From: an uncultured delta proteobacterium
GTDB lineage: Bacteria; Myxococcota; Myxococcia; Myxococcales; Myxococcaceae
Reading direction: 5' to 3'
Length of the DNA stretch: 64,000 nt
Assembly: GCA_963771175.1 (NCBI GenBank)
Contig: CAVYSY010000021.1
Location: forward strand, 236,151-300,150
Part shown: positions 30,785 to 41,421 of the stretch, one piece after another
Position numbering within the stretch: the stretch's first letter is position 1
Layout: every line of letters begins with the position of its first letter
The notes under the pieces: model-generated
What the model saw: only the letters and a program-made list of their open reading frames with translations
Database searches by the model: none
Told to the model about the DNA's origin: nothing
Position numbers and translations under genes: made by a program

Positions 30785-33739
30785 TCAGGCCGGGTGCGGC
30801 GTCTGCCCCCCGCCCTCCGGCGGCTTCCCGTGCTCGCGGCGCTTGAGCAGCTTCGTTCGCGCCAGCTCCACCAGCGTGTACAGCACGGGGATGAAGATGA
30901 GGTTGACGAAGGTGGACAGGAGCATGCCGCCGAACACCGCCGTGCCCAGTGACTTGCGCGAGGCGGCGCCCGCTCCCGAGGCCAGCACCAGCGGCACCAC
31001 GCCCAGGAGGAAGGCGAAGGACGTCATCAGGATGGGCCGCAGCCGCGTGTCCGCCGCCAGGATGGCCGAGTCCACCACGCTCTTGCCCTGGCGACGGAGC
31101 TGCTCGGCGAACTCGACGATGAGCACCGCGTTCTTGCTGGCCAGGCCCACCAGCATCAGCAGCCCCACCTGGCAGAAGACGTCGTTGGCCAGTCCGCGCA
31201 GCAGTTGGAAGCCGAGCGCGCCGAGCATGGCCACCGGCACCGCCAGCATGATGACGAAGGGCAGGGCGAAGCTCTCGTACTGCCCCGACAGCACCAGGAA
31301 GACGAAGACGCCGCCCAGCAGGAAGATGAGCAGCACCATGCCGCCGGCCTGCGTCTGCTCGAGCGACAGGCCCGTCCATTCGAAGGTGAAGCCGGCGGGC
31401 AGACCCTGGCGGGCCACGGACTCCATGACCTGGAGCGCCTGTCCCGTGCTGACGCCGGGAGCGCCCTGGCCGTTGATGGTGGCCGAGCGGAACAGGTTGT
31501 AGTGCTGGATGTTCTGCGCGGTGGTGATGGGCTCCACCTTCACCAGGCTCTCCAGCGGCACCATGTCGCCCTGGGCCGAGCGCACGTAGAAGGCGGAGAT
31601 GTCCCGGGGCTCGTTGCGGAAGGGCGTGGCCGCCTGCACGTAGACGCGGTAGACGCGGTTGGCGAAGGTGAAGTCGTTGACGTACTGGCTGCCCATGTAG
31701 ACCTGGAGCGTGGAGTAGAGCGCGTCGAGCGGCACCCCGAGCGCCTTGGCCTTCTCGCGGTCCACCGACACGTTGAGCAGTGGGGTGCTCGCCGTATAGG
31801 AGGAGAAGACGCCGCGCAGTTCCGGTAACTGGTTGGCCTGGGCCGAGAGCTGCTGCGTGGCCGCCGCCAGCTCGTCCAGCGTGTGGGTGCCCTGCTGGTC
31901 CTCCAGCACGAACTCGAAGCCGCCGACGCTGCCCACGCCGCGGATGGTGGGCGGCTGGAAGGGCAGCACCCGCGCTCCGGGGATGGCGGCGAAGGGCCCG
32001 CGCAGCCGGTTCACCAGCCCCGCCACGCTCTGCTCCTGCTCCTCGCGCTCGTCCCAGGGGGCGAGGTTGACGAAGAGGACGCCGTAGTTGGCGCCGGTGC
32101 CCAGCAGCGAGAAGCCGCCCACGGTGAAGATGTCCTTCACCTCCTTCTGCTGGCGCAGCACGTCCTCCGTCCGCAGCAGCACCTGCCGCGTGTAGTCCAG
32201 CGACGTGCCCTCGGGGCCCTGGATGGCGACGATGAGGTAGCCCTGGTCCTCCTCGGGGATGAAGCCGGTGGGGGTGACGGTGTAGAGCAGCGCCGTGAGG
32301 CCCAGGCACGCCACGAAGACGCCCAGCACCACCCACCGCATGGCCGGCCGCAGCAGCCGGTCCAGGAAGCGCGCGTAGCCGGTGCGCAGGCGGTCCATGC
32401 CCTGGTCCACCAGGCGGAAGACGCGCCACTTCTGGCCCTCATGGGGCCGCAGCAGCCGCGCGCACAGGGCGGGCGACAGCGTGAGGGCCACCAGGGCCGA
32501 CAGGCTGATGGAGAAGGCGATGGTGAGGGCGAACTGCCGGTAGATGGAGCCCGTGGTGCCCGGGAAGAAGGACACCGGGACGAACACCGCGGAGAGCACC
32601 AGCGCCGTGGCCACCACCGCGCCTCCCACCTGCTTCATGCTCCGGTGCGACGCCTCGTGCGCCTCCAGGTTGTCGTCCGCCATGAGGCGCTCGACGTTCT
32701 CGATGACCACGATGGCGTCGTCCACCACCAGGCCCGTGGCCAGTGTCAGGCCGAACAGCGTCAGCGTGTTGAGCGAGAAGCCGAACGCGCTCACGAAGCC
32801 GAAGGTGCCCACCAGCGACACCGGCAGCGTCGTGGCCACCACGAGGATGCTGCGCCAGCCGTGCAGGAAGATGAAGACGACGAAGATGACCAGCGCGATG
32901 GCTTCCATCAGCGTGCGCAGCACCTCGTCGATGGACTCCTGCACCGCCGCCGTGGTGTCGAAGGCTCTCTGGTGGACGAGGCCCGGGGGGAAGCTGGCCT
33001 TCAGCCGCTCCAGCTCGGCCACCACCCCCTCGCGCACGTCCAGCGCGTTGGAGCCGGGGAGCTGGAAGATGCCCAGGCCCACCGCGTCGCGGCCGTTGAA
33101 GCGCAGGAACTGGTTGTAGTTCTCCGCCCCCAGCTCCACCCGGCCCACGTCCTTCACCTGCACCAGCGAGCCGTCCTGGCCGCGCTGCACGACGATGTCC
33201 CCGAACTGCTCCGGCGTGGACAGCCGGCCGAGCACCTGCACGTTGATTTGATACGTCTGCCCCTGGGGCGCCGGAGGCTGGCCCACCTGGCCCGCGGCCA
33301 CCTGCACGTTCTGCTCGCGCAGCGCGGCCACCACGTCCTGCGCCGTGAGGCCCCGGCTGGCCAGGGCCGTGGGGTCCAACCACAGCCGCATGGCGAAGCG
33401 GCGCTCGCCGAAGATGCGCACGTCGCCCACGCCCTTCACGCGCAGCAGCGCGTCGCGGATGTAGACGTCCGCGTAGTTGCTGATGAAGCCCGGGTCGTAG
33501 CGCCCCTCCTTGTCATACAGGCCGAAGGACATGAGGAGCTGCGACTGCGTCTTGTTGATGGTGATGCCCTGCGCGTTCACCTCGGCGGGCAGCCGGGCCG
33601 AGGCGGTGGCCACCCGGTTCTGCACGTCCACCGCGGCCACGTCCAGGTTCCTCTCCGGGTCGAACGTGACGATGATGGTGCTGGTGCCGTTGTTGCTGCT
33701 GGTGGAGGAGATGTAGCGCATGCCCTCCAGGCCGTTGAT
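30785..33739 (-). CDS. RND efflux permease (HAE1/AcrB-like), 5'-truncated at the junction
   Basis: INGLEGMRYISSTS, GLVVDDAIVVIENVER, GLASKNAVLIVEFA, RLRPILMTSFAF; the first TM helix and start are missing. Confidence 0.9.
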   Translation of the reverse strand: MNGLEGMRYISSTSSNNGTSTIIVTFDPERNLDVAAVDVQNRVATASARLPAEVNAQGITINKTQSQLLMSFGLYDKEGRYDPGFISNYADVYIRDALLRVKGVGDVRIFGERRFAMRLWLDPTALASRGLTAQDVVAALREQNVQVAAGQVGQPPAPQGQTYQINVQVLGRLSTPEQFGDIVVQRGQDGSLVQVKDVGRVELGAENYNQFLRFNGRDAVGLGIFQLPGSNALDVREGVVAELERLKASFPPGLVHQRAFDTTAAVQESIDEVLRTLMEAIALVIFVVFIFLHGWRSILVVATTLPVSLVGTFGFVSAFGFSLNTLTLFGLTLATGLVVDDAIVVIENVERLMADDNLEAHEASHRSMKQVGGAVVATALVLSAVFVPVSFFPGTTGSIYRQFALTIAFSISLSALVALTLSPALCARLLRPHEGQKWRVFRLVDQGMDRLRTGYARFLDRLLRPAMRWVVLGVFVACLGLTALLYTVTPTGFIPEEDQGYLIVAIQGPEGTSLDYTRQVLLRTEDVLRQQKEVKDIFTVGGFSLLGTGANYGVLFVNLAPWDEREEQEQSVAGLVNRLRGPFAAIPGARVLPFQPPTIRGVGSVGGFEFVLEDQQGTHTLDELAAATQQLSAQANQLPELRGVFSSYTASTPLLNVSVDREKAKALGVPLDALYSTLQVYMGSQYVNDFTFANRVYRVYVQAATPFRNEPRDISAFYVRSAQGDMVPLESLVKVEPITTAQNIQHYNLFRSATINGQGAPGVSTGQALQVMESVARQGLPAGFTFEWTGLSLEQTQAGGMVLLIFLLGGVFVFLVLSGQYESFALPFVIMLAVPVAMLGALGFQLLRGLANDVFCQVGLLMLVGLASKNAVLIVEFAEQLRRQGKSVVDSAILAADTRLRPILMTSFAFLLGVVPLVLASGAGAASRKSLGTAVFGGMLLSTFVNLIFIPVLYTLVELARTKLLKRREHGKPPEGGGQTPHPA

Positions 33740-34243
33740 GCCGCCGCCTACAATGCCGGCGAGAAGCAAGTCGCGGCAGTAATTGCCGGCAGGAGCAGCC
33801 TGCCACTTGAGACGCAAAATTACGTGTTTGCCATCACCGGACGCCAAGTCGCGGACTGGCTCGGTGTCACTCATCCAACAGCACCGTTTTCAACCGAGCA
33901 CGATAGCAATGACTTCGTCAGGTCATGTTTGCGACGTGTTAGAGTAAATTTCCGCGACTCCGAAATACCGGCTGCAACGACTGTCCAACCCTGGGGCGTC
34001 CAGGTTTCCGAAAGTTTCTCGCGCAGCCAGGCAGTCAACATTTTTCGAGCACTTCAAGAGCGACTGCCTGGTATATTTGGCACTTCACCGCCCATGATCA
34101 TCGCCGCGCGGAATTACAGCATTGGCTTGGCACTACGCCAGCGAGTCTTTTTGGGCGCCGCAAACCGGGCCGAAGCCGACAGCAAATGCGCTGCCTTGAA
34201 CCAGGTAGGCGTCGCGTGCCTGGTGCGGCGAACCGGACGCTAG
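33740..34243 (+). CDS. 3' part of a lytic transglycosylase (SLT + SPOR-like), 5'-truncated
   Basis: AAAYNAGE...LPLETQNYV.AITG (SLT motif III) and QPWGVQV...A...C..L...G.ACLV (SPOR-like tail). Confidence 0.8.
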   Translation, partial: AAAYNAGEKQVAAVIAGRSSLPLETQNYVFAITGRQVADWLGVTHPTAPFSTEHDSNDFVRSCLRRVRVNFRDSEIPAATTVQPWGVQVSESFSRSQAVNIFRALQERLPGIFGTSPPMIIAARNYSIGLALRQRVFLGAANRAEADSKCAALNQVGVACLVRRTGR

Positions 34244-35250
34244 AGCGCGCTCTGCTTTAAAGCGGCAACAGGAACAGCGAAACCTCCAATCCGATCTGAG
34301 CCAGACTCGATGCCAGGGTCGGAGGTGTGGGACACTATCCCGGACTACAGCAAGGGCTGAGTGGTTTGTGCCTACCGCTCCAGACCCACCGCCATTGCTG
34401 CATATTCGGACGTACTGGCTATAACAAGCGTCAGGCGACGTTCAGTTTACCGCCGAGGATATTCACCAGATTCCGGGCCTTATCGGCGTCGACCACCGCT
34501 TGGGCCAATTGGCGCCCGGTATTATCGACGGTCGTAATAAGGATGGTATCCCCGTATCCCTCTGCATAAGTCGTCGTGTCGGGCTCACCAAGATTCGTTC
34601 GCTCTGGCATCTTCCCCTTCTCCCCGATACTCCCCACGGCAGTCCCGCCCACAGTAGCTCATTCGGGTTAAGTCGTGGGCTCACAGCATTCCGCCACCAA
34701 ACGCAGGCATGGTCGGCGGGGCAGCCCAAGCCCCTCGCTGGACGCTGCCCCACCTACGGACGCGTTTGCAGTCAGAAGCGCCCCGCCCGTTCCGCTCTGC
34801 GCTTCACCTGAGATGAACTCCCCATCGCTCATGACCGGCATCAACGAATATTCCACAACAGCGCGACCGGATTTCGGCACCGGCGTTGCTTTTGATTGTT
34901 CATCATCGGGCGGAACGATGAGCCAAAGGCACCTAAGAGATGCACGCCGGGCGGCGTGACTTGAATGTATCACCGCCCCGCTACTTACGCCTAATCACTC
35001 ACCGTATTGGCTCGCTTACCGGTGAATGAATCGACCCGGCATGAATACCGGTTAGCTGGCATCAAGGGTTTCTGGCCGCAGGTAGGCAGGGACCAATGCA
35101 ACAGGTTGGTTCCACACAGCACGGCCCCTGTCGCCGATCAGATGATGCGGGCAGCTCCATCTGATCGACAGGATGGAATCGAGGCGAGCCGAGAAAGGTT
35201 CGGACGCATCGGTAACACTCACAAATCAGTACTCGATGGTGGGACCAACA

Positions 35251-35658
35251 TCAGGCGCTGTGAGCGACCTTTTGGCGCCTCCGCGCCACGCTGTCGGCGA
35301 ACTCGGCCCGATCGATGACCACCAACTCGTCCCGAAGCCGCGCCAACGGCTGGTCAGTGGCTTCTGGCACCTCTTGGGCCAGTGTTGACATCCGCAGCGC
35401 CTCATATTCGATTGCGGCCTGCAGGTCGAGGAGGCTAGTAAAAAGCTGAATCTGCTTCATCTTGGCGGTCTCGCAGACTGCCTCGAGTTCCCTCTGGATC
35501 TGGTTTATGCTGGTAGTGAATTCCTCGAGAATGCCCTGGAACGCCGTGACAATGCGGCCGATCTGGTAACCGCGTTCGCGGTGCGTCGTAGCATGATTAT
35601 TTTCGATCTGCTCCACGTCGCGCCGCAATCTGTCTATTACTGTAGTGACCTCGCTCAT
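35251..35658 (-). CDS. Hypothetical helical protein (135 aa)
   Basis: GAGGGGG RBS before the ATG; coiled-coil-like composition; no family recognised. Confidence 0.5.
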   Translation of the reverse strand: MSEVTTVIDRLRRDVEQIENNHATTHRERGYQIGRIVTAFQGILEEFTTSINQIQRELEAVCETAKMKQIQLFTSLLDLQAAIEYEALRMSTLAQEVPEATDQPLARLRDELVVIDRAEFADSVARRRQKVAHSA

Positions 35659-35859
35659 ACACCCCTCACTTACGCTTTAAGACGCCGTCCCTAAAAATGC
35701 CTGGGACAATATGACCAGTGATTTGGTGAATGTGGGGCTACAGTGAGGCCCGCTGATGGACCCGTATGTTGGAATTGAGCGCTCCAGACGTGGCAGCAGT
35801 TTGAACAAGAGCGCTTCAGCAGAAATGGGAAATCGCCTACAGCGCCCTCACACTGCCCG

Positions 35860-35925
35860 CTTCACGAGATCAAGTACGACGGTTATCGCACCCTGATCTT
35901 TGTCGTAGCCAGGTCCGTGCCTTTA
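35860..35925 (+). pseudogene. ATP-dependent DNA ligase (LigD/LigC-type) fragment
   Basis: LHEIKYDGYRTL contains the KxDGxR adenylation motif, with no intact ORF around it. Confidence 0.65.
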
Positions 35926-36244
35926 CCATTTGCTTGCCCGTGTCCGGTCGAACTCGCCTTCAGCCATCTGATGAGAGGGCGACTCCTTTTTGGGCGGGCG
36001 GCAAACCGTCGACGATGGACATGAAGTTTCCCCAGGATTGCCCAGCTTCATTAAGCTGGCGTTCACAGATGGCGGCTTTCTTTAACGATGCCGCCCGCTT
36101 CCCCACAAATGCGGTCGGTTTGAGGGAATGGGACAGTCCCTGCATGTACCCATCCCCTCCCCTTCAACCTCACAGCAGGCGGGCAACCATTATGCGGAAG
36201 TGCCGAACAAGGCTGAAACCACAGAAGCATGACTATAATCGCTA

Positions 36245-36459
36245 GGGAGTTATGGGCGAAAGTTGGTGACGGCATGCAGGGGGGTGAGGCGGCGTATCGT
36301 GGGGTGCTTGACGCCTCCACTTCTCCTCCGAAGGAGCGATACGGCGTGACCGAGAGAAATATCTTCCCGTTTTCGCAACCAGGAGCTTTTGGCGATCCGC
36401 TGACTGAGGTCTTGCGCAACGGCGCACAAGCACTGCTGGCGCAGGCGGTTGAGGCCGAG
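36245..36459 (+). mobile_element. IS256-family element, left end and transposase 5' fragment only
   Basis: GGGAGTTATGGGCGAAAGTTGGTGAC end-like sequence, AAGGAG RBS, GTG 36346 giving TERNIFPFSQPGAFGDPLTEVLRNGAQALLAQAVEAE, then similarity is lost. Confidence 0.7.
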
Positions 36460-36896
36460 GGTTTTCGGTTCCCCGACCGGGCACCCTACTTAACGAATGA
36501 GCTGACCCGCTCCCTGCCTGGCAGAAGCGGCTCGGATAGCAAGTCTTTGGCGTGTTTGAGCAACGACGGGCCACGATCAGCCAGCCAAGTGTTTAGGGCG
36601 TGCAACGGCGACGCGTGAGGGGATTAAAGGCTCCCTGGAGGTCCCGCCTCTCGGGGGTTTTTTCGATCGCGACACGCTGCCGGCGTTAATGGGTCCTGAC
36701 TTTAGTCTCTCCCGAGATGCCCGGACAGTGTACTTGCGATCCATCTCCAGACACCTGTCTCTGGAAGAGCCTCGGAACAGAGAGGGTAATCGGACCCAAT
36801 CCAGCGCCGCGAACGACATAGACCCATGACGCGCGCCTGCGCCCGCTTTTTGGGGTCGCGGAGTAGACCCAACTGGTCCCGGAACGATTTGGCCGT

Positions 36897-37289
36897 TTAG
36901 GCGGCCGACCGCTTAAGCCCAAGACCGATCTTCTTTGCCAGCCTTGATCTCGCCTTGGAATATCTCGGAGCCACCATCGGATAGTCGTCAGCGAGACCCC
37001 ATCTGGTTCGATACTCATCTGGGGTCATTCCATGCATGCCGAGGTGCCTCTTCAGTGACTTGAACTGTTTCCCATCCTCCAAGCAGGTCAAGTAATCTGG
37101 CGTGATCGACTCATCGATAGGCACAGCGGGGTCCTGCCTCGCTCCGAATTCTTCATGGTTGTCCTTAGAAAGTGCGCGACTGATAGCGCGCACGACATCC
37201 GCAATTTGCGAAGGCTCGACGCTATTATTACTCACGTAAGCAATAAACATCTCACCTACGAGTTTTTCATTGAAACTTTCGTCAGTCAT
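36897..37289 (-). CDS. mucR: MucR/Ros family zinc-finger regulator
   Basis: AYVSNN, PAVPIDESITPDYLTCLEDGKQFKSLKRHL..HGMTPDEYR.RWGL..DYPMVAP.YS..RS.LAKKIGLG; GGAGG RBS. Confidence 0.95.
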   Translation of the reverse strand: MTDESFNEKLVGEMFIAYVSNNSVEPSQIADVVRAISRALSKDNHEEFGARQDPAVPIDESITPDYLTCLEDGKQFKSLKRHLGMHGMTPDEYRTRWGLADDYPMVAPRYSKARSRLAKKIGLGLKRSAA

Positions 37290-37826
37290 AGTCCGCCTCC
37301 TATGCCATCCGAGGCAATGTTATCCCCTGCAGTAAAAGATTAAAAGTCGCTAGTTGCTTGAATTCACGCAACCGCGGGGTGGTAATCTGACGCGCGTATC
37401 AGCTCATCCCCAAAAAGGAACGGAACAAACTGCTGAGGAGATCGGCGCCATAAAAGTGTCGAGTTGCCGATCCCTTTCTTCAGAGCGCCAGGCTCGGCGC
37501 CGCACGAAAGTGCAGAGCTGTGTCCTTGTCGCCTATATCGGATACCTCGGCGAGGGAGATGTCGCCGACAAACTGCGGCCCATTGCGAGGTTCAGGCGAC
37601 CACCATACTCGGCCCAAGTCTTGTGACCGATGGTGAGGAGCGCGACGCCGCTGGCAACGGCATTTGTGTCAGTGCTTCACCTGATCATCGCTTGGCTTGG
37701 GGTTTATCCCGAGCGCGAGATCAGTTGGCCAAGCCTCCGTGCTCTCTTGCTCCGGTGCCGGAAATGGCCCTACCTCGGCCGCGATGATGTTAGCCTGAGA
37801 ATCAATTCAAACATTGAAGGACAAAA

Positions 37827-39131
37827 ATGGTGGATCGTGCGGCGCAGGATGAGAGACGAGTAGCCTGCTGGGACGATGAGAGCCATCATCCAGATCACCG
37901 GGACATCTTTATCGTTTCCGGGGAGGGCAGCTGGATCACAGACAAGTCACGTAGGAGGTTGCTTGATGCGGCATCGGGCCATAGTTGTGTGAATCTCGGC
38001 TATGCCAACGAAGAGCTTATCGAGGTCGCTGCGCAGAGCTATCGAAGGCTCGCCTATTGTTCACCAGAGCACCGCTGCCAGTCGGTTGCCGCCCTATCCG
38101 CGGGATTAAGCGATCGGCTTGGCGGCGATTATCGGCTGCGCTATGCCACCACAGGCGGAGGAGCGAACGAATTGGCAATCGAAATCGCTCGCCGCTACTG
38201 GCTCCACGTTGGAGAGCCCAGGAAGAGAAACATCATCGCTCTGGATCGGAGCTATCACGGGTCAACCGGCACGGCGGGCTTCGCAAGCGGCCCCAACATT
38301 CTGCAGTCGCCTCACACGGACCGCAGCCTGGAATTTCGACATGTGGTCGGTGCGCGCGATCCAATCCACGGGAGATCGCGAGACTTAGCTTGCCTTCGAG
38401 CAGGCTTTGAGAGCCAGATCGAAACGCTTGGGGCACACACCATCGCTGCCATTATCGTCGAACCAGTCGCCTTCGCAGGTGGCGTCATTGTTCCTCCGCG
38501 TGGCTTTCTTGAGGCGGTCTTCGACCTCTGCCGAAAAAACAGATTTCTGCTGATCGTCGACGAAGTCATCACCGGATTCGGGCGGAGCGGGAGGTGGTTT
38601 GCCTTCCAGTGGGCCGACGGCGTTCGGCCGGACATCGTCACGATGGGAAAAGGTATCACCTCAGCTTATTTCCCGCTCTCCGCCGCAGCGGTGTCAAATG
38701 AGATCTACGAGACATTCCTTGCGCCTGGAAATGCTATCAGCAAAATCATCACCATGGCCGGTCACCCGGTTGGATGCGACATTGCGCTTAAGGTCATCGA
38801 GATCACGGAACGCGATGATCTTGTCGGTCGAGTGCGGCAAAATTCCGAAGAGCATCTCTCGAAGCTCTCCTCGCTAGACGGCCTACCCAAGGTTCGTGAC
38901 GTTCGTGGACTTGGCCATATGTGGGGCGTGGAGTTCGCGGATGCCGCGTCGGGCGACGGTGCGACGCTTGCCCGTCGCGTGGCCGACCGGTGCTTTGAGG
39001 CCGGGCTCCTTGTCCTTCACACTGACAATCTGATCCGCATCAATCCGCCGCTCACCGCAACCGTCGACGAGATTCGATTTGTCGCAGACACGCTCATCTC
39101 CGCAATCAAATCGGAGGCGACGGAAGCGTGA
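37827..39131 (+). CDS. Class III PLP aminotransferase
   Basis: GEGSWITD, SYHG, IIVEPV, LIVDEVITGFGRSG, PDIVTMGKGITS, VRGLG, RINPPL. Confidence 0.9.
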   Translation: MVDRAAQDERRVACWDDESHHPDHRDIFIVSGEGSWITDKSRRRLLDAASGHSCVNLGYANEELIEVAAQSYRRLAYCSPEHRCQSVAALSAGLSDRLGGDYRLRYATTGGGANELAIEIARRYWLHVGEPRKRNIIALDRSYHGSTGTAGFASGPNILQSPHTDRSLEFRHVVGARDPIHGRSRDLACLRAGFESQIETLGAHTIAAIIVEPVAFAGGVIVPPRGFLEAVFDLCRKNRFLLIVDEVITGFGRSGRWFAFQWADGVRPDIVTMGKGITSAYFPLSAAAVSNEIYETFLAPGNAISKIITMAGHPVGCDIALKVIEITERDDLVGRVRQNSEEHLSKLSSLDGLPKVRDVRGLGHMWGVEFADAASGDGATLARRVADRCFEAGLLVLHTDNLIRINPPLTATVDEIRFVADTLISAIKSEATEA

Positions 39132-39884
39132 CGCAAAGGGAAGGCGCGTATCCGGAAGAGTCTCAGCCTCAGATGTGACCCAACGCTTGGCCACTGTGCA
39201 GGAAAGACACAGTTCATGGCCTATTCTCCCGACTCCCGAGACTGGCCATTTCACGGCCATTGTTGAAGGCAACTCTCATCAATCGGCTCGAACGCGATTT
39301 AAGAACCCGGTAAGCCGAGGCAGTACCAATGTAGGTGACAAGCCACTTACAGCGGTCTTTCTGCAGTTAATTCGGCCAGGGATATCGCGTGACTGGGAAT
39401 GCTACCTGAGTTTCTGTGCGTAAGCGTGTAGAGCATAACCGCCCTATCGGAAGTAGGAGTCGGCTCTTCGGCATGGCCATGGAGCCTAGTTGAGTGAGAA
39501 AACCGTTATGCACCTTCGCCAAATTACCGAATCAGGTAGCTATGCCCGGTTCTTCTTTGAGTTGATAGCGATGTTTCTGATTGTATCGGGTTTGGCATTT
39601 TGTCTGATAGCAGTTGCTTATGCTGAGGAGCGGCCGCTAAACACACCTGCGACTAGCTTCATCTCGAAGAACTCGCGAGTAGCAATCCCGCTCTGAAAAG
39701 TCGGCAGGACCCTGACATATGGTCGGGCCACCTTGGCCATCCATCGCCTTTCCTCGACCCGCTAATCAGAGTTAGCCCAACCGAGAGCACATCGTCATCT
39801 CTCACGCAAGAACGCCTGATGGGAAGGGCGATGATCTAACTACGTGCCGGACTCTCCTTGTGACTTGGCCCCAACACCGCAAAG

Positions 39885-40070
39885 CGGGAAACGGCATCCG
39901 CAGCGGAGTGGACGTGGCGCGCGCCCTAGCACTCGGTGCCTCGGCCGCGCTCTCCGGCAAGGCGTTTCTCTGGGGTCTCGGGGCGCTTGGCCTATTCCCA
40001 GTAAGGCCCGACGGGCCGGGGCATGTTATCGACCTTATCGACGAGCTGCAGTCCTCACTGGGGCCAGCTC
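39885..40070 (+). pseudogene. FMN-dependent alpha-hydroxy-acid oxidase C-terminal fragment
   Basis: GIRSGVDVARALALGA.A.LSGKAFLWGLGA.G...HVID...DEL...LG; no 5' portion present. Confidence 0.75.
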
Positions 40071-41421
40071 GGGCCGCACCCGCCAGAGGAGCCGCGCATC
40101 GTGGTGGTCCGGCATCCGGGAGCACTGCACTTCTGATCTGCCCCAGCGGCGCCTTGACTGTCGCATGCTTAGGCGTGCCTTTGGCCTTGAGGTGCTGAGC
40201 CCTGATCCCGATCTCCGGCTTCAGCCACAGCGTCTCATTGGCTCGCCTCAGCCCCTTTAAAACCGGCTTCTCGATTTGACATAGCCGCGAACTTGTCGGC
40301 CCATTCGGCACTGGCATGTGATGGCGGCCGCCGGATCGCCGGACCGGCAAACTCCAGCTCTCCGAAGCAATCGCGAACCAACCGCTGCCGATGGACTATC
40401 AAAGCACCCGGGAGATTCCCTGCCACGAGACCGGTTCAGACCCTTCCAATCGGTAAGGTCAGCGACTTGGCGCACACGTAACATTTCAGCAGTTGCGGCG
40501 ACTTGGCACACCCACACCTCGAGGCAGGCTGCCAAAATACTGTCCCTGCCGAATGGCACATCCCCGCTCGAATGGCCATGGCCGTCGGCACAGCGCCGGA
40601 TTCCCCTCCCGGCGCAAGCGTGCGCAAGGGCGCCTGTTCCCCGACGGGCGCCCTTTTCGTCCGGCCCTGGCCGTAGTAGCCCCTCTCCGATGGTCGGCAA
40701 AAGGTCTGGGACGAGATTGCAGCTACCCTCGTCGCAAGGATCGAGGTGCCGCCCTTCGTAGGGTGGATGGAGGATAACACCTCGGTCCCCGCCCCTCGAT
40801 GAGGCGGGTCGTAACAGGGTTGCCATAGATGCTTGCTGAAGGAGCCGTATAGGTGTCGTTCACCGTGGCAACCGCTAGCACCAGCCTCCGGCGGGAAGGC
40901 CCCTGGAGCGGCCGCGGATCCGGCCTGCCCGTACTAGGACCAGGCCCTAAGGCACTCTTACAACCCTGAAAACGCGCTCGCTCTCGCGCGTCAGGGGCGT
41001 CGATGCTTGATCGAATTGACTGGTATTGCAAACGCGACCTAATCGGTAATGAGCTGTTTCACACTCGCGTGTCGCAGCATACGCTTGGCCTTCAAATCTC
41101 CGCGCGCAACCGCCGTTCCAGACCTGGCATCAAGCGTTCAGCCAACCCGGGTTCTCCCCTCGGATTGCAAAATTTTCCGCTTGAGCGGAATCGGATCATC
41201 GCTCTCGGTATTGACGGGGTCGCGATTCTTTGCTGATGCGCCCCTTCGCGTCTTGCCCTGCAAGTATGTGAAAACGGCCACAACCTCGCCAGCCGGGCCC
41301 ATCGAGGCAAATTCGAGTGGATGCCGCCGTGTCACTCAAAGCTGGAGCGGCCAGGAGATTTACCTAGGCACCTGCAGGCCCAATGGCCTACTCAGTTCCC
41401 TAGTTCCCTCACCATCCGCGG

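Noticed and set aside
30785..34243. ORF-track proteins of 1029 aa (minus) and 786 aa (plus) spanning 33740
   Set aside because: Both read through the junction. The RND N-terminus is antisense transglycosylase sequence, and the plus ORF is RND antisense fused to the SLT tail.
40200..41400. Possible SGNH-like (SIHPT) or protease-like (FAIPVN) fragments
   Set aside because: Matches are only 5-6 residues with no supporting context.
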